Assembly: GCF_035594765.1 (NCBI RefSeq)
Contig: NC_085845.1
Span: 48,292,024 to 48,356,023, forward strand
From: Anolis carolinensis
Taxonomy: Eukaryota
DNA length: 64,000 nt
Direction: 5' to 3'
This document shows positions 42,685-52,100 of the stretch, one piece after another. Under the pieces are notes generated by a model that was not told the origin of the DNA, did no database searches, and saw nothing but the letters and a program-made list of their open reading frames with translations. Each line of letters starts with the position of its first letter. Position 1 is the first letter of the stretch. The translations under genes and the position numbers were made by a program.

Positions 42685-43657
42685 TGTGATGACCCATGGG
42701 CCTTGTAGTCCTGCTCAGGACATTGTAATCCCTGATGAAGATGAAAACTTGGGTTTTTTACCTTCCCAGTCTGAACTGGATTCCTCTCAGCCAGATCTTT
42801 CCCAGGCAGATCTGGGAACCTTGCACCTGCAAGAAAGTTGTCTCCCAGAAGTATGTCAAACAAGCCCAGAGCCTACTTCTCCCGTGTTCTTGCGCCGGGA
42901 GTTTTGTAAACAACAGAGAAGTTTGGAATCAGCTTCGCGCAGGAGTGCGAGGATTGCAGCTAAGAATGTGGCCAATTAAGACTGCTTCTCGTGAGAATCT
43001 TTGGGGAGTCTCACATCTGGTCTCAGAGTTTAGCTTTCGGTTCTGATTCCCAGAGAACTGCTTCGGCGGGAAAGTTAGACTCTATTTAGGTGTTTTACCC
43101 GCGTAGTAACTTCGCGGAGTCAATTCGTCAGCCTACGGAGCGAGTTGTGTCTGGACAGCGCGCTCCGATTCAAGCCTCGCTCCTGCTCAAGCCTTGCCTT
43201 GCTATCCAGCCTTCGCCTTGCTTCCCAGCCTTTGTTTATCTACGGACTTTGCCTTGTTTCCCAGGATCAATCCTTGCCTTGTACCACGGATTTTATCAAG
43301 TTATTCCACGGACCTTGTTCTTGTTCTTAGTTACCTTGTTCCACGTTCAAGCCTTGTTTCAAGTATCAAGTTATTTCCTAGCCTCGCTCAAGTTTCATGG
43401 ACTAAAGGACCTTGTCATCTCCCCTCACTTTGCTTGGCAAAGTGAGTGTTTCGGTTATTGGATTACAACTTTGGACCTTAATATTTCCTATTGGACATTG
43501 CTTTTTTGGACTAATTCTGACCTTTCCTGAAAGGTCTAATTCTGGACTATTTTCTACACTTGTTTTTATTAACTTTATATATTCCTTCAATAAAGATATT
43601 AGATAGATTCTGGCCTCTGTGTATGGTTATTGGTGCTCTGCAGCCTGGGTCGTGACA
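42685..43657 (+). repeat. 5' LTR
   Basis: Starts TGTGATGAC and ends CGTGACA. TATTTA at 43083, AATAAA at 43589. One difference noticed versus the 3' LTR (G43234 vs A48681). Confidence 0.97.
43083..43088 (+). promoter_or_regulatory. LTR TATA-like box (predicted TSS near 43114)
   Basis: CTATTTAGG is conserved in the solo LTR (58754) with the same 31-nt spacing to GCGGAGTCAA. Confidence 0.65.
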
Positions 43658-43659
43658 GT

Positions 43660-43669
43660 TTGACTCCGC
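43660..43669 (+). promoter_or_regulatory. Self-priming primer-binding site
   Basis: TTGACTCCGC is the reverse complement of GCGGAGTCAA (43114-43123), which lies 31 nt downstream of the LTR TATA-like box. No TGG-initiated tRNA-type PBS is present. Confidence 0.8.
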
Positions 43670-43699
43670 CACCCTAAGCACCAATTAACCTCGGCCAGA

Positions 43700-44686
43700 A
43701 TGTCTACCGGAACCGTGCCCGGTGGGCAGCCACTGAGCTACACCATCAGCAAGGACGAAGTGGATCGCATCCGCGACAGACTCAACGCCCAGGATGGAGA
43801 AATAAAGGGCTTGCGGGAGCGCGGAATCCGCCTCCCGGCCATGGCGTTGCCTACCAAGTTTACTGGAGAAGCTTCTAAGGTTCATGTTTTCCGTCGCCAA
43901 TGTCAAGCTTATCTAGAGGCCCGTGATGCCGAGTTTCCCCAAGAAGACATCAAAGTGGCGTGGGTTTACAGTCTTCTAGACGGGCCAGCGGCCAGCTGGG
44001 CGACGGCACTGTTCGACCAAGCCTCTCCACACCTAAGATCAGCGCAACACTTCTTGGACCACCTCAAGGAGACTTGGGGAATCGAGGACAATTTGGAGGC
44101 AGCCGGTCACAAACTCCGTCGCCTTTTCCAAGGAGACAGACCTATGTCTCAGTATATAGCCGAGTTCCGAGTGCTGGCCCACAACACCGGCTGGAACGAT
44201 GTAGCCCTCAGAGGACAATTCCGGGAGGGTCTCAACATTGAAATGCTGGAAGAAATCTCCAAGGTGGATCCTCCCCAGACCCTCGAGGCACTCATTGATC
44301 AATGTTTACGGGCTGAAGTCATGATTGCCAACAGGAAACAGTGGGTTCGAGGCCAGGGCAGTAGAGCCGGGGCAAAACCCCCCGCTCCCGCCAGCGTTCA
44401 GCCACGTCCAGTGTGGAGACCCCCACCGCCAACCCCATACCCCAGAGGAGGCGAGGAGGTGCCGATGCAGTTGGGCAATGTGCGTCCCAGACTAGATGCC
44501 GCCGAGAAGGCCCGTCGTCAACGCTTAAACCTCTGTTGGTACTGCGGGAACGGGGGCCACTTCGCCAGAGAGTGCCCAGCCAAAGGGAAGCCTGCCGCCC
44601 GTCTTGCGGCGGCGACCTCCACGGAGACGAAGGCATCTGAGCCGACTGGCACACAGCCGGCGGGGGAAGCCAACGACCGGGTGTAG
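43700..44686 (+). CDS. gag: Gag (retrotransposon capsid plus CCHC zinc knuckle)
   Basis: 328-aa ORF with LPTKFTG...FRRQC and QYIAEFRVLA...WNDVAL...FREGLN capsid motifs and a CWYCGNGGHFAREC knuckle, resembling PEG10/Sushi Gag. Confidence 0.95.
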   Translation: MSTGTVPGGQPLSYTISKDEVDRIRDRLNAQDGEIKGLRERGIRLPAMALPTKFTGEASKVHVFRRQCQAYLEARDAEFPQEDIKVAWVYSLLDGPAASWATALFDQASPHLRSAQHFLDHLKETWGIEDNLEAAGHKLRRLFQGDRPMSQYIAEFRVLAHNTGWNDVALRGQFREGLNIEMLEEISKVDPPQTLEALIDQCLRAEVMIANRKQWVRGQGSRAGAKPPAPASVQPRPVWRPPPPTPYPRGGEEVPMQLGNVRPRLDAAEKARRQRLNLCWYCGNGGHFARECPAKGKPAARLAAATSTETKASEPTGTQPAGEANDRV

Positions 44687-47600
44687 AGAGGCTCGCCAAC
44701 CCGGTCAAAAAATCCATTCAAGAGCCGCCAACCGGGGTCCTGTTCCTTCTCGTGGTCACATTATGGTCAGCAAAAAGGGGACCCGTCATGATCCACGCCA
44801 TGATAGACTCTGGAGCTACCAACAATTTCATCGATAGAGAGTATGCCGACTCTCTGGGATTACAATATCATGATTTCAAGAATGCCCGTGTGGTGCAAGC
44901 CATAGACGGCCGCCCCCTCAAGACGGGCCCCGTAAGTCAGTGGTCGGAACCCACCAGGATGTGGATAAGGGAACATATGGAAGAGATTTCCTTCTTTGTT
45001 ACCGAGGTCCCCCATTTCCCTGTGATTTTGGGAATTCCATGGCTGACTCTCCACGACCCTAACATCTCCTGGTCCAACAGAGAACTGCAGTTTGCTTCAC
45101 CGTACTGCCAAAACCATTGCCTCGTAGCCAAGGTATGCCATGCCACAGACACCGAGCCCATCATCACCTTGCCAAAGAAGTACTCCGAGTATTGGGATGT
45201 ATTCAATGAGAAAGAAGCCGAAAAATTACCCCCACATAGACCTTATGACTGTGCCATTGACTTGGTGGAGGGGGCCCCGATCCCGCGAGGGCATCTCTAC
45301 TCCCTGACTGAACCAGAGCAAGAAGCTCTCAGGGAATTCCTAGAGACAAACCTTCGCAAGGGATTCATCAGACCCTCTCAATCCCCAGCCGCCTCCCCAG
45401 TGATGTTTGTGAAGAAGAAGTCAGGGGAACTACGCTTGGTGGTGGACTACAGAGCATTGAACAATATCACCAAGCGGAACAGCTATCCCCTGCCCTTAAT
45501 CTCGGATCTACTGGATCGGCTTCGAGGAGCCAAGGTTTACACCAAGCTGGATCTTCGGGGGGCTTACAACTTAGTTCGCATCAGGGAAGGGGACGAGTGG
45601 AAGACCGCCTTCCAGACCAAATTCGGATTATTTGAGTCCCGAGTTATGAATTTCGGTTTATGCGGAGCCCCCGCAACGTTCCAGCATTTTGTCAATGACA
45701 TTTTTCAGGACTATCTAGACAGGTTCTTGATAATCTACCTGGACGATTTTTTGGTGTTTTCTAGATCACAATCAGAACATGAGAACCACGTCAAAATGGT
45801 GTTACAACGATTGCGGGATCATGGACTTTATGCCAAGCTGGAAAAATGCGCCTTTGATCTACAAGAGGTAGATTTCCTTGGTTACCGCATCTCGCCTCTA
45901 GGGCTTTCCATGGATCCAGCCAAGGTTTCAGCAGTATTGGAATGGCGGGCGCCAACTAACAAGAAAGAGGTGCAGCGTTTCTTGGGGTTCGCGAACTATT
46001 ACCGCAAGTTCATTCCAGATTTTGCCCGCTGGTCCGACCCCATCACTAGCTGCATCCGTGGAAAGCAGCCTTTCCGCTGGACTGATCAAGCAGAGAAAGG
46101 GTTCCAGCAACTAAAGAAACTATTCACCTCCCAGCCAATTCTACAGCACCCAAATCCTGGAACCCCTTTTGTGGTGCAAGCGGACGCCTCTGATGTGGCA
46201 ATTGGGGCTGTACTCTTACAACCGGTGGGAGATCACCTCCATCCCTGTGCCTTTTATTCTCGTCAACTAACCACACCAGAGAGGAATTACACCATTTGGG
46301 AAAAAGAACTACTGGCCATAAAGGCAGCCTTTGAAACTTGGAGACATTGGCTAGAAGGGGCCAAATTTCCCATTGAAGTCCACACTGATCATCGTAATCT
46401 AGAACATCTAAGAACTGCCCGCAAACTAAATCAGAGGCAGCAACGTTGGGCTTTATTCTTTGAACGTTTCAACTTCCAGATCCATTATGTGACCCCAGCC
46501 CAAACCAAGCAAGCAGACGCCCTGTCACGTAAACCGGAATACGCTGCAGGACGCAAGGAGACCTTTGAATCCCAACTGCTACAACCCGAGAACTTTGCCA
46601 CGCTCACGGTGGGGAACACCAAATCCATTCCCATTGGTTCAACTTCCCCTACTCCAGGACCCATCTGTGCTCAAGAAATCAGGGCTAGTCAGCAAGCAGA
46701 TGCCTGGGCGCAGGACCAACTTCGCCAAGGTCTGCATTTTCCCTTTTCGCTTAAAGATGGGCTGCTCTGCTATAGAAATCATGTTTATATCCCACCCGGA
46801 CCGGGCAGGGAAAAAGCGCTTCGTCTGTGTCATGACTGCAAACCAGCAGGACACTTCGGACTATTTAAAACTATGCATTTGATCCTAAGGGATTTTTGGT
46901 GGCCCAAGATCCGCAAGGATGTGGAAAAATATGTCAACACCTGCCCAGTATGCCAGCGCTCCAAGATACGAAGGGAGAAGCCCTCAGGGCTTTTACACCC
47001 CCTTCCTACCCCATCTCGCCCATGGGAAATAGTTTCCGCGGATTTCATCACTGACCTACCACCTTCCTGTGAATTCACCACGATCTTAGTGGTGGTGGAC
47101 CTTTTCACCAAGTTAGCCCATTTCATTCCCTGCGAAGGCCTCCCCACGGCCAAAGAAACTGCGGATCTATTTCTTCAACATGTTTTCAGACTACATGGAT
47201 TGCCCAAGAGTTTAGTCACAGACCGTGGATCTCAATTCACCTCTCGTTTTTGGAAGGCACTACAAAAACTATTGGGCATAGACTCTCGCTTATCTTCAGC
47301 TCATCATCCCCAAACAGATGGGCAAACGGAGCGCACCAATGCCACTTTGGAGCAGTATCTTCGCTGTTATGTAAACTACCAACAGGACAATTGGGCTTCT
47401 CTGCTACCACTGTCTGAGTTTGCCTACAACAATGGAGTTCAAGCTTCTACAAAAGAAACGCCGTTCTTTGCAAACTACGGCTTCCATCCACGTTTCTTCC
47501 CCCCTGTCATTGAAACTTCAGAAGTTCCCGCAGCAGAGGATTGGCTGCAGGAACTCACAGCGGTGCAACAACTTTTGCTCCAGCAACTGGACCAAGCCAA

Positions 47601-48426
47601 GGAGGACTATAAACGCCACGCTGACAAACATCGCCAGCCGGGCCTCGAAATCAAGGTAGGAGATCGGGTTTTCCTGTCCACTCGCTTTCTGCCCTCCCAC
47701 CGCCCTTGCCGGAAGTTAGATGCCCGTTTCATTGGCCCCTATCCAGTGGTGGCGCAATTAAACCCCGTGACTTTCAAACTCCAACTTCCGCGTTCAATGC
47801 GCATTCACCCAGTGTTTCACCGTTCCCTGCTCCTTCCGGCGGATGGTGTGCGACCTGATACAGACCAACCGGCCCCCCCTCCTGTTTTGATGAATGGGGA
47901 GGAGGAGTTCGAGGTTGAGGACATTTTGGATTCTCGCTTTCACCGCCGCCGCCTACAATATCTCATTGACTGGGTGGGTTTTGGCCCTGAGGAACGCTCT
48001 TGGGAAGACGCCTCCACAGTCCATGCTCCTGATCTAACCCGTCGCTTTCATCAGACCTATCCCACCAAACCGCGACCTCGCGCCTCGGGGAGAGGGCCCC
48101 AGTTTGGGAGGGGCCTTGAGGAGGGGGATAGTGTGATGACCCATGGGCCTTGTAGTCCTGCTCAGGACATTGTAATCCCTGATGAAGATGAAAACTTGGG
48201 TTTTTTACCTTCCCAGTCTGAACTGGATTCCTCTCAGCCAGATCTTTCCCAGGCAGATCTGGGAACCTTGCACCTGCAAGAAAGTTGTCTCCCAGAAGTA
48301 TGTCAAACAAGCCCAGAGCCTACTTCTCCCGTGTTCTTGCGCCGGGAGTTTTGTAAACAACAGAGAAGTTTGGAATCAGCTTCGCGCAGGAGTGCGAGGA
48401 TTGCAGCTAAGAATGTGGCCAATTAA
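44641..48426 (+). CDS. pol: Pol (protease, RT, RNase H, integrase, chromodomain, LTR-encoded tail), in the -1 frame relative to gag
   Basis: Frame is open from 44641 (after TGA 44638-44640) to TAA 48424-48426. Motifs: IDSGA protease, YLDD RT, DAS...EKELLAI RNase H, HHCC and DDE-type integrase, GPY, chromodomain EFEVEDILD...YLIDWVGFGPEERSWE. Confidence 0.95.
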   Translation, partial: ADWHTAGGGSQRPGVERLANPVKKSIQEPPTGVLFLLVVTLWSAKRGPVMIHAMIDSGATNNFIDREYADSLGLQYHDFKNARVVQAIDGRPLKTGPVSQWSEPTRMWIREHMEEISFFVTEVPHFPVILGIPWLTLHDPNISWSNRELQFASPYCQNHCLVAKVCHATDTEPIITLPKKYSEYWDVFNEKEAEKLPPHRPYDCAIDLVEGAPIPRGHLYSLTEPEQEALREFLETNLRKGFIRPSQSPAASPVMFVKKKSGELRLVVDYRALNNITKRNSYPLPLISDLLDRLRGAKVYTKLDLRGAYNLVRIREGDEWKTAFQTKFGLFESRVMNFGLCGAPATFQHFVNDIFQDYLDRFLIIYLDDFLVFSRSQSEHENHVKMVLQRLRDHGLYAKLEKCAFDLQEVDFLGYRISPLGLSMDPAKVSAVLEWRAPTNKKEVQRFLGFANYYRKFIPDFARWSDPITSCIRGKQPFRWTDQAEKGFQQLKKLFTSQPILQHPNPGTPFVVQADASDVAIGAVLLQPVGDHLHPCAFYSRQLTTPERNYTIWEKELLAIKAAFETWRHWLEGAKFPIEVHTDHRNLEHLRTARKLNQRQQRWALFFERFNFQIHYVTPAQTKQADALSRKPEYAAGRKETFESQLLQPENFATLTVGNTKSIPIGSTSPTPGPICAQEIRASQQADAWAQDQLRQGLHFPFSLKDGLLCYRNHVYIPPGPGREKALRLCHDCKPAGHFGLFKTMHLILRDFWWPKIRKDVEKYVNTCPVCQRSKIRREKPSGLLHPLPTPSRPWEIVSADFITDLPPSCEFTTILVVVDLFTKLAHFIPCEGLPTAKETADLFLQHVFRLHGLPKSLVTDRGSQFTSRFWKALQKLLGIDSRLSSAHHPQTDGQTERTNATLEQYLRCYVNYQQDNWASLLPLSEFAYNNGVQASTKETPFFANYGFHPRFFPPVIETSEVPAAEDWLQELTAVQQLLLQQLDQAKEDYKRHADKHRQPGLEIKVGDRVFLSTRFLPSHRPCRKLDARFIGPYPVVAQLNPVTFKLQLPRSMRIHPVFHRSLLLPADGVRPDTDQPAPPPVLMNGEEEFEVEDILDSRFHRRRLQYLIDWVGFGPEERSWEDASTVHAPDLTRRFHQTYPTKPRPRASGRGPQFGRGLEEGDSVMTHGPCSPAQDIVIPDEDENLGFLPSQSELDSSQPDLSQADLGTLHLQESCLPEVCQTSPEPTSPVFLRREFCKQQRSLESASRRSARIAAKNVAN
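44662..44726 (+). promoter_or_regulatory. Predicted -1 ribosomal frameshift signal (G_GGG_GAA, 6-nt spacer, H-type pseudoknot)
   Basis: Stem 1 GACCGGGT (44675-44682)/ACCCGGTC (44699-44706). Stem 2 GGCTC (44690-44694)/GAGCC (44722-44726). A-rich loop 3. The heptamer lies inside the 46-nt gag/pol overlap. Confidence 0.75.
48118..48128 (+). promoter_or_regulatory. Polypurine tract
   Basis: GAGGAGGGGGA ends 3 nt upstream of the 3' LTR and is also pol-coding. Confidence 0.85.
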
Positions 48427-49104
48427 GACTGCTTCTCGTGAGAATCTTTGGGGAGTCTCACATCTGGTCTCAGAGTTTAGCTTTCGGTTCTGATTCCCAG
48501 AGAACTGCTTCGGCGGGAAAGTTAGACTCTATTTAGGTGTTTTACCCGCGTAGTAACTTCGCGGAGTCAATTCGTCAGCCTACGGAGCGAGTTGTGTCTG
48601 GACAGCGCGCTCCGATTCAAGCCTCGCTCCTGCTCAAGCCTTGCCTTGCTATCCAGCCTTCGCCTTGCTTCCCAGCCTTTATTTATCTACGGACTTTGCC
48701 TTGTTTCCCAGGATCAATCCTTGCCTTGTACCACGGATTTTATCAAGTTATTCCACGGACCTTGTTCTTGTTCTTAGTTACCTTGTTCCACGTTCAAGCC
48801 TTGTTTCAAGTATCAAGTTATTTCCTAGCCTCGCTCAAGTTTCATGGACTAAAGGACCTTGTCATCTCCCCTCACTTTGCTTGGCAAAGTGAGTGTTTCG
48901 GTTATTGGATTACAACTTTGGACCTTAATATTTCCTATTGGACATTGCTTTTTTGGACTAATTCTGACCTTTCCTGAAAGGTCTAATTCTGGACTATTTT
49001 CTACACTTGTTTTTATTAACTTTATATATTCCTTCAATAAAGATATTAGATAGATTCTGGCCTCTGTGTATGGTTATTGGTGCTCTGCAGCCTGGGTCGT
49101 GACA
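48132..49104 (+). repeat. 3' LTR
   Basis: Copy of the 5' LTR at offset +5447. AATAAA at 49036. Contains the last ~97 codons of pol. Confidence 0.97.
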
Positions 49105-52100
49105 TTATACGAGACAGGCGGTAGCTGAGAGTACTCCGAAGGGCTCTAAGCTGCTGTGTGCCTTCCCCCCCCCCCTCGACACAAGCTACCACGTCCTTAT
49201 GCCAAGAGTACAAGGAAAATTTGGGCCTGAGATAAGTACCCAAGGGGCCACATCCGGCCCCTGGGCCTTAGTTTGCCCATGCCTGGATAAGAAGATACAA
49301 TCAACTATTTATTTATCACATTTATATCCCGTCCTTCTCACCCGAAGGGACTCAGGGCGGCTTACAACAGTGGCAACCATTAGATGCCCATACAAATCAA
49401 TATAAAACAGCACATAAAACAGTTAAAACTATTAAAATACATTGTAAATTAAAATATACGTTTCAAACATAAAATCAGATTCGTTCATCCTCATGCTTTG
49501 TCCATAGTTCGGTCCGTGTCACTATTCACATTTGCAGGGTTTACTTTTGCGGATTTGATTAATATGTTATCTCTATATATCTCTAGGTCCTCACTATGAC
49601 TCTTTGGTCAACTTCCTCCCTAGAGCTGTACTGGAGGACCTAGAAATTCCTAAACGGAACCCTTCACTAGCCATTTGCAGGTCCACCAACATGATTCTAT
49701 GGGCAGCTTCTGGCAGAAGTTGTCCACAGATTTGAGCTTGAGGATCTAATGATTTCCAGAGATGTATCTTCTGAAGTTAAAAAATAGGGCTGCTTTGCCT
49801 CCAATAACAGCAAATGTGGAGGGCTGACAACAGTTCAATTGCTTTGTCACTGTAGGCTGTAGATTGTAAAACATACATCATGTTTTATAATGAAATGTCT
49901 AGCTTGGTAGTCTGATTGCTAGATTTGTTTTAAAATTTAGACTCTTTTTTCAAATAAAACTCATAGTTATATATGCAGATCTTTACATCTTTTATGGGGG
50001 AAAGACACAAAGCCATTCACATAATTAGGAATTACATGAATTGAATGGGTTTTTTAAAGTAAATTGCAGACACTGGAGGAAAACATTAGGATTCTACCCA
50101 CTCCAAGGGAAGGGTTCATGCCTACCCTTTACATTTCAAGAGAAATAGCCATTCACACCAAATGAAACTTTTCATTTAATCCAATATGGATCGTGATTGT
50201 TTTATTAGGCAAAGGGTTTCTACTCTCCGCTGTGCCGAGATCCCAATCCAAATGGGGGTGGGTAATTTACATTTTTAAAAAGTTATTCAGGATGTGTTAA
50301 TTAGCTGCATTTAGTTTAATTTGGTGAAGTTCTATAACCTTGCAAAATAGTCATGAACATCTAAAAATCTGCTCTCACTGACCTCTGGATCTCCCTAAGA
50401 ATTTAGAGACGATTTTTTAAAAGTTCTATAGTTGTAACCCAGCAGTATGATAACTATTAGCAATTACTTCTTGGAAATGCATAGCCTTGGGGAGCATTAA
50501 AAATATTCTAGAGGGCATTTTCAGGGTCAAAATAGACATGAAAGAGAAAATATATTCCTTGCAATTAACCAATTTACCCATACACACAACAGAAAAGGAT
50601 TTTCTCATAGATGCATCTACGAAGATGTTTCTGCACTCATAGTTGCAGATTAACTGTCTCATTAGAACATGGATCCACTTAATCTGGGGTCTGTAGTTTA
50701 GTGAGGCCCAGGACCTGTCTGGCTGAGCAGTTTAAAGGCCCCACCCTAAACTACAAGCCCCAGAATTCTGCAGGAGGCAAAAACCGTATTTAAAGTGGAT
50801 ACATGCTTAGTGTGATGAGATCCTTAGTCTCTGACCAGTCATAAAAAAGGCAAATACAAGATACATAAGGTTAGGAAAACCAAGCATTCTTTTACACTCA
50901 GGTCATGGTGAGTACCTTTGCACCAAACAAGATCAGACAAACACATTGTCTTATTTGACTCTGTGTTCATAAGGCGTGATGGCCAGGCCCCCTGGAATTC
51001 TCATGAACTGATAGCTAAAGTTTTTGCCTAGTTTAATGTGTTTCTGGAGTCTCCCTGGTGACAAAAAGGCTTACTGTTCTCCACACATTTACAAGCAAGC
51101 ACATACTTGCCTTTTCTTGGTCTCAGAACTATCTTTGGTCAGCTTTCTGGGATACAAACCTTCTAGATCTTTATCAGCCCAAGTCTATTTCCTTGGTCTA
51201 AGTGCAGCTACCTAAATGAAAACTTTTGTGCACCTTCAAGTCCTTTCTGACTTACATCAACTCTAAGGTTGTTCAGCCGGAGTTTGGCTTTATCTTCCTC
51301 TGAGGCTGGGAATGTGACTTGTCTAAGGTCACCCAATGGGTTCCCATGGTTGAACTGAGGTTCAAATCCTGGACAAATACTTAAAATGGGCATGGGAACC
51401 TAAGAACATACAAAGAGTCCTACTGGATCAGACCTAAGATCTAAATTGTCCAGCATTCTCTTCTCACAGTGGCCAACCAGTTGCACATAAGAACTTCACC
51501 AGCACTTTATAAATGTAACTTCATCCTCCATCTTGTATTTTACAGCAACTTTAATACAAAGGTAAAATTACTCTGATCTGGAAATAATGTAAACTCATCC
51601 TGACTAGTATTCACTGATGGTTCTATCCTACATCAATTCATGATTCACAATAGATCCATATTGGACCGGCTCATACATTTCCACGTGACATTGTACTATA
51701 GCTTCTTTGATGAAAAATCAGATTTTTGGCACAGATTATGCCTAACTCTGAAGAAAAAACTATAGTAGAATTGCCAATATCTACAACATTGCTTATTGGT
51801 ATTAAATGTGTCCTACTCATATTATTCCAACATTCAGTGACTGAAACTGATTAGTTCTCCTATTTATCTAAACACGTTCATTACACAAACGTTTTGGACG
51901 CCCTTTGGAACATCTGATAAACAAGACTATAACACTATAAACTGCTGAATACTTTTTAATAAGCATGTTTCCAACATCCATCAAGAAGGCAAGGACTAAC
52001 TAGCCAAACACTAGAGTGATGTACAGTAAATGCCAAGAAAAACTGTCTTATCCTGCCAAACATTTTCCCCAAGAGGTGAATATCATTTTCCATAAGTCTC

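Larger units (their letters stand above)
42685..49104 (+). mobile_element. Full-length Ty3/Gypsy chromoviral LTR retrotransposon (Sushi/PEG10-like lineage), apparently intact and young
   Basis: Two 973-bp direct repeats TG...CA (42685-43657, 48132-49104) flank uninterrupted gag and pol ORFs. PPT precedes the 3' LTR. Flanks are TTATG/TTATA. Confidence 0.97.

Noticed and set aside
42443-42979. 178-aa ORF fusing flank to the 5' LTR U3 ORF
   Set aside because: Chance in-frame fusion. The U3 frame lies upstream of the LTR TSS and is explained as the pol tail in the 3' LTR.
43090-43530. 146-aa hydrophobic ORF in the LTR R region (env-like?)
   Set aside because: GTG start upstream of the predicted TSS, pyrimidine-rich repeats explain the composition, and the ORF is not preserved as such in the solo LTR.
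44684-44713. UAG readthrough followed by a -1 shift on canonical A_AAA_AAU (44707-44713, in gag frame)
   Set aside because: It requires two recoding events. The A-run is better explained as pseudoknot loop 3, and the stem is correctly spaced for G_GGG_GAA. It remains a control worth testing.
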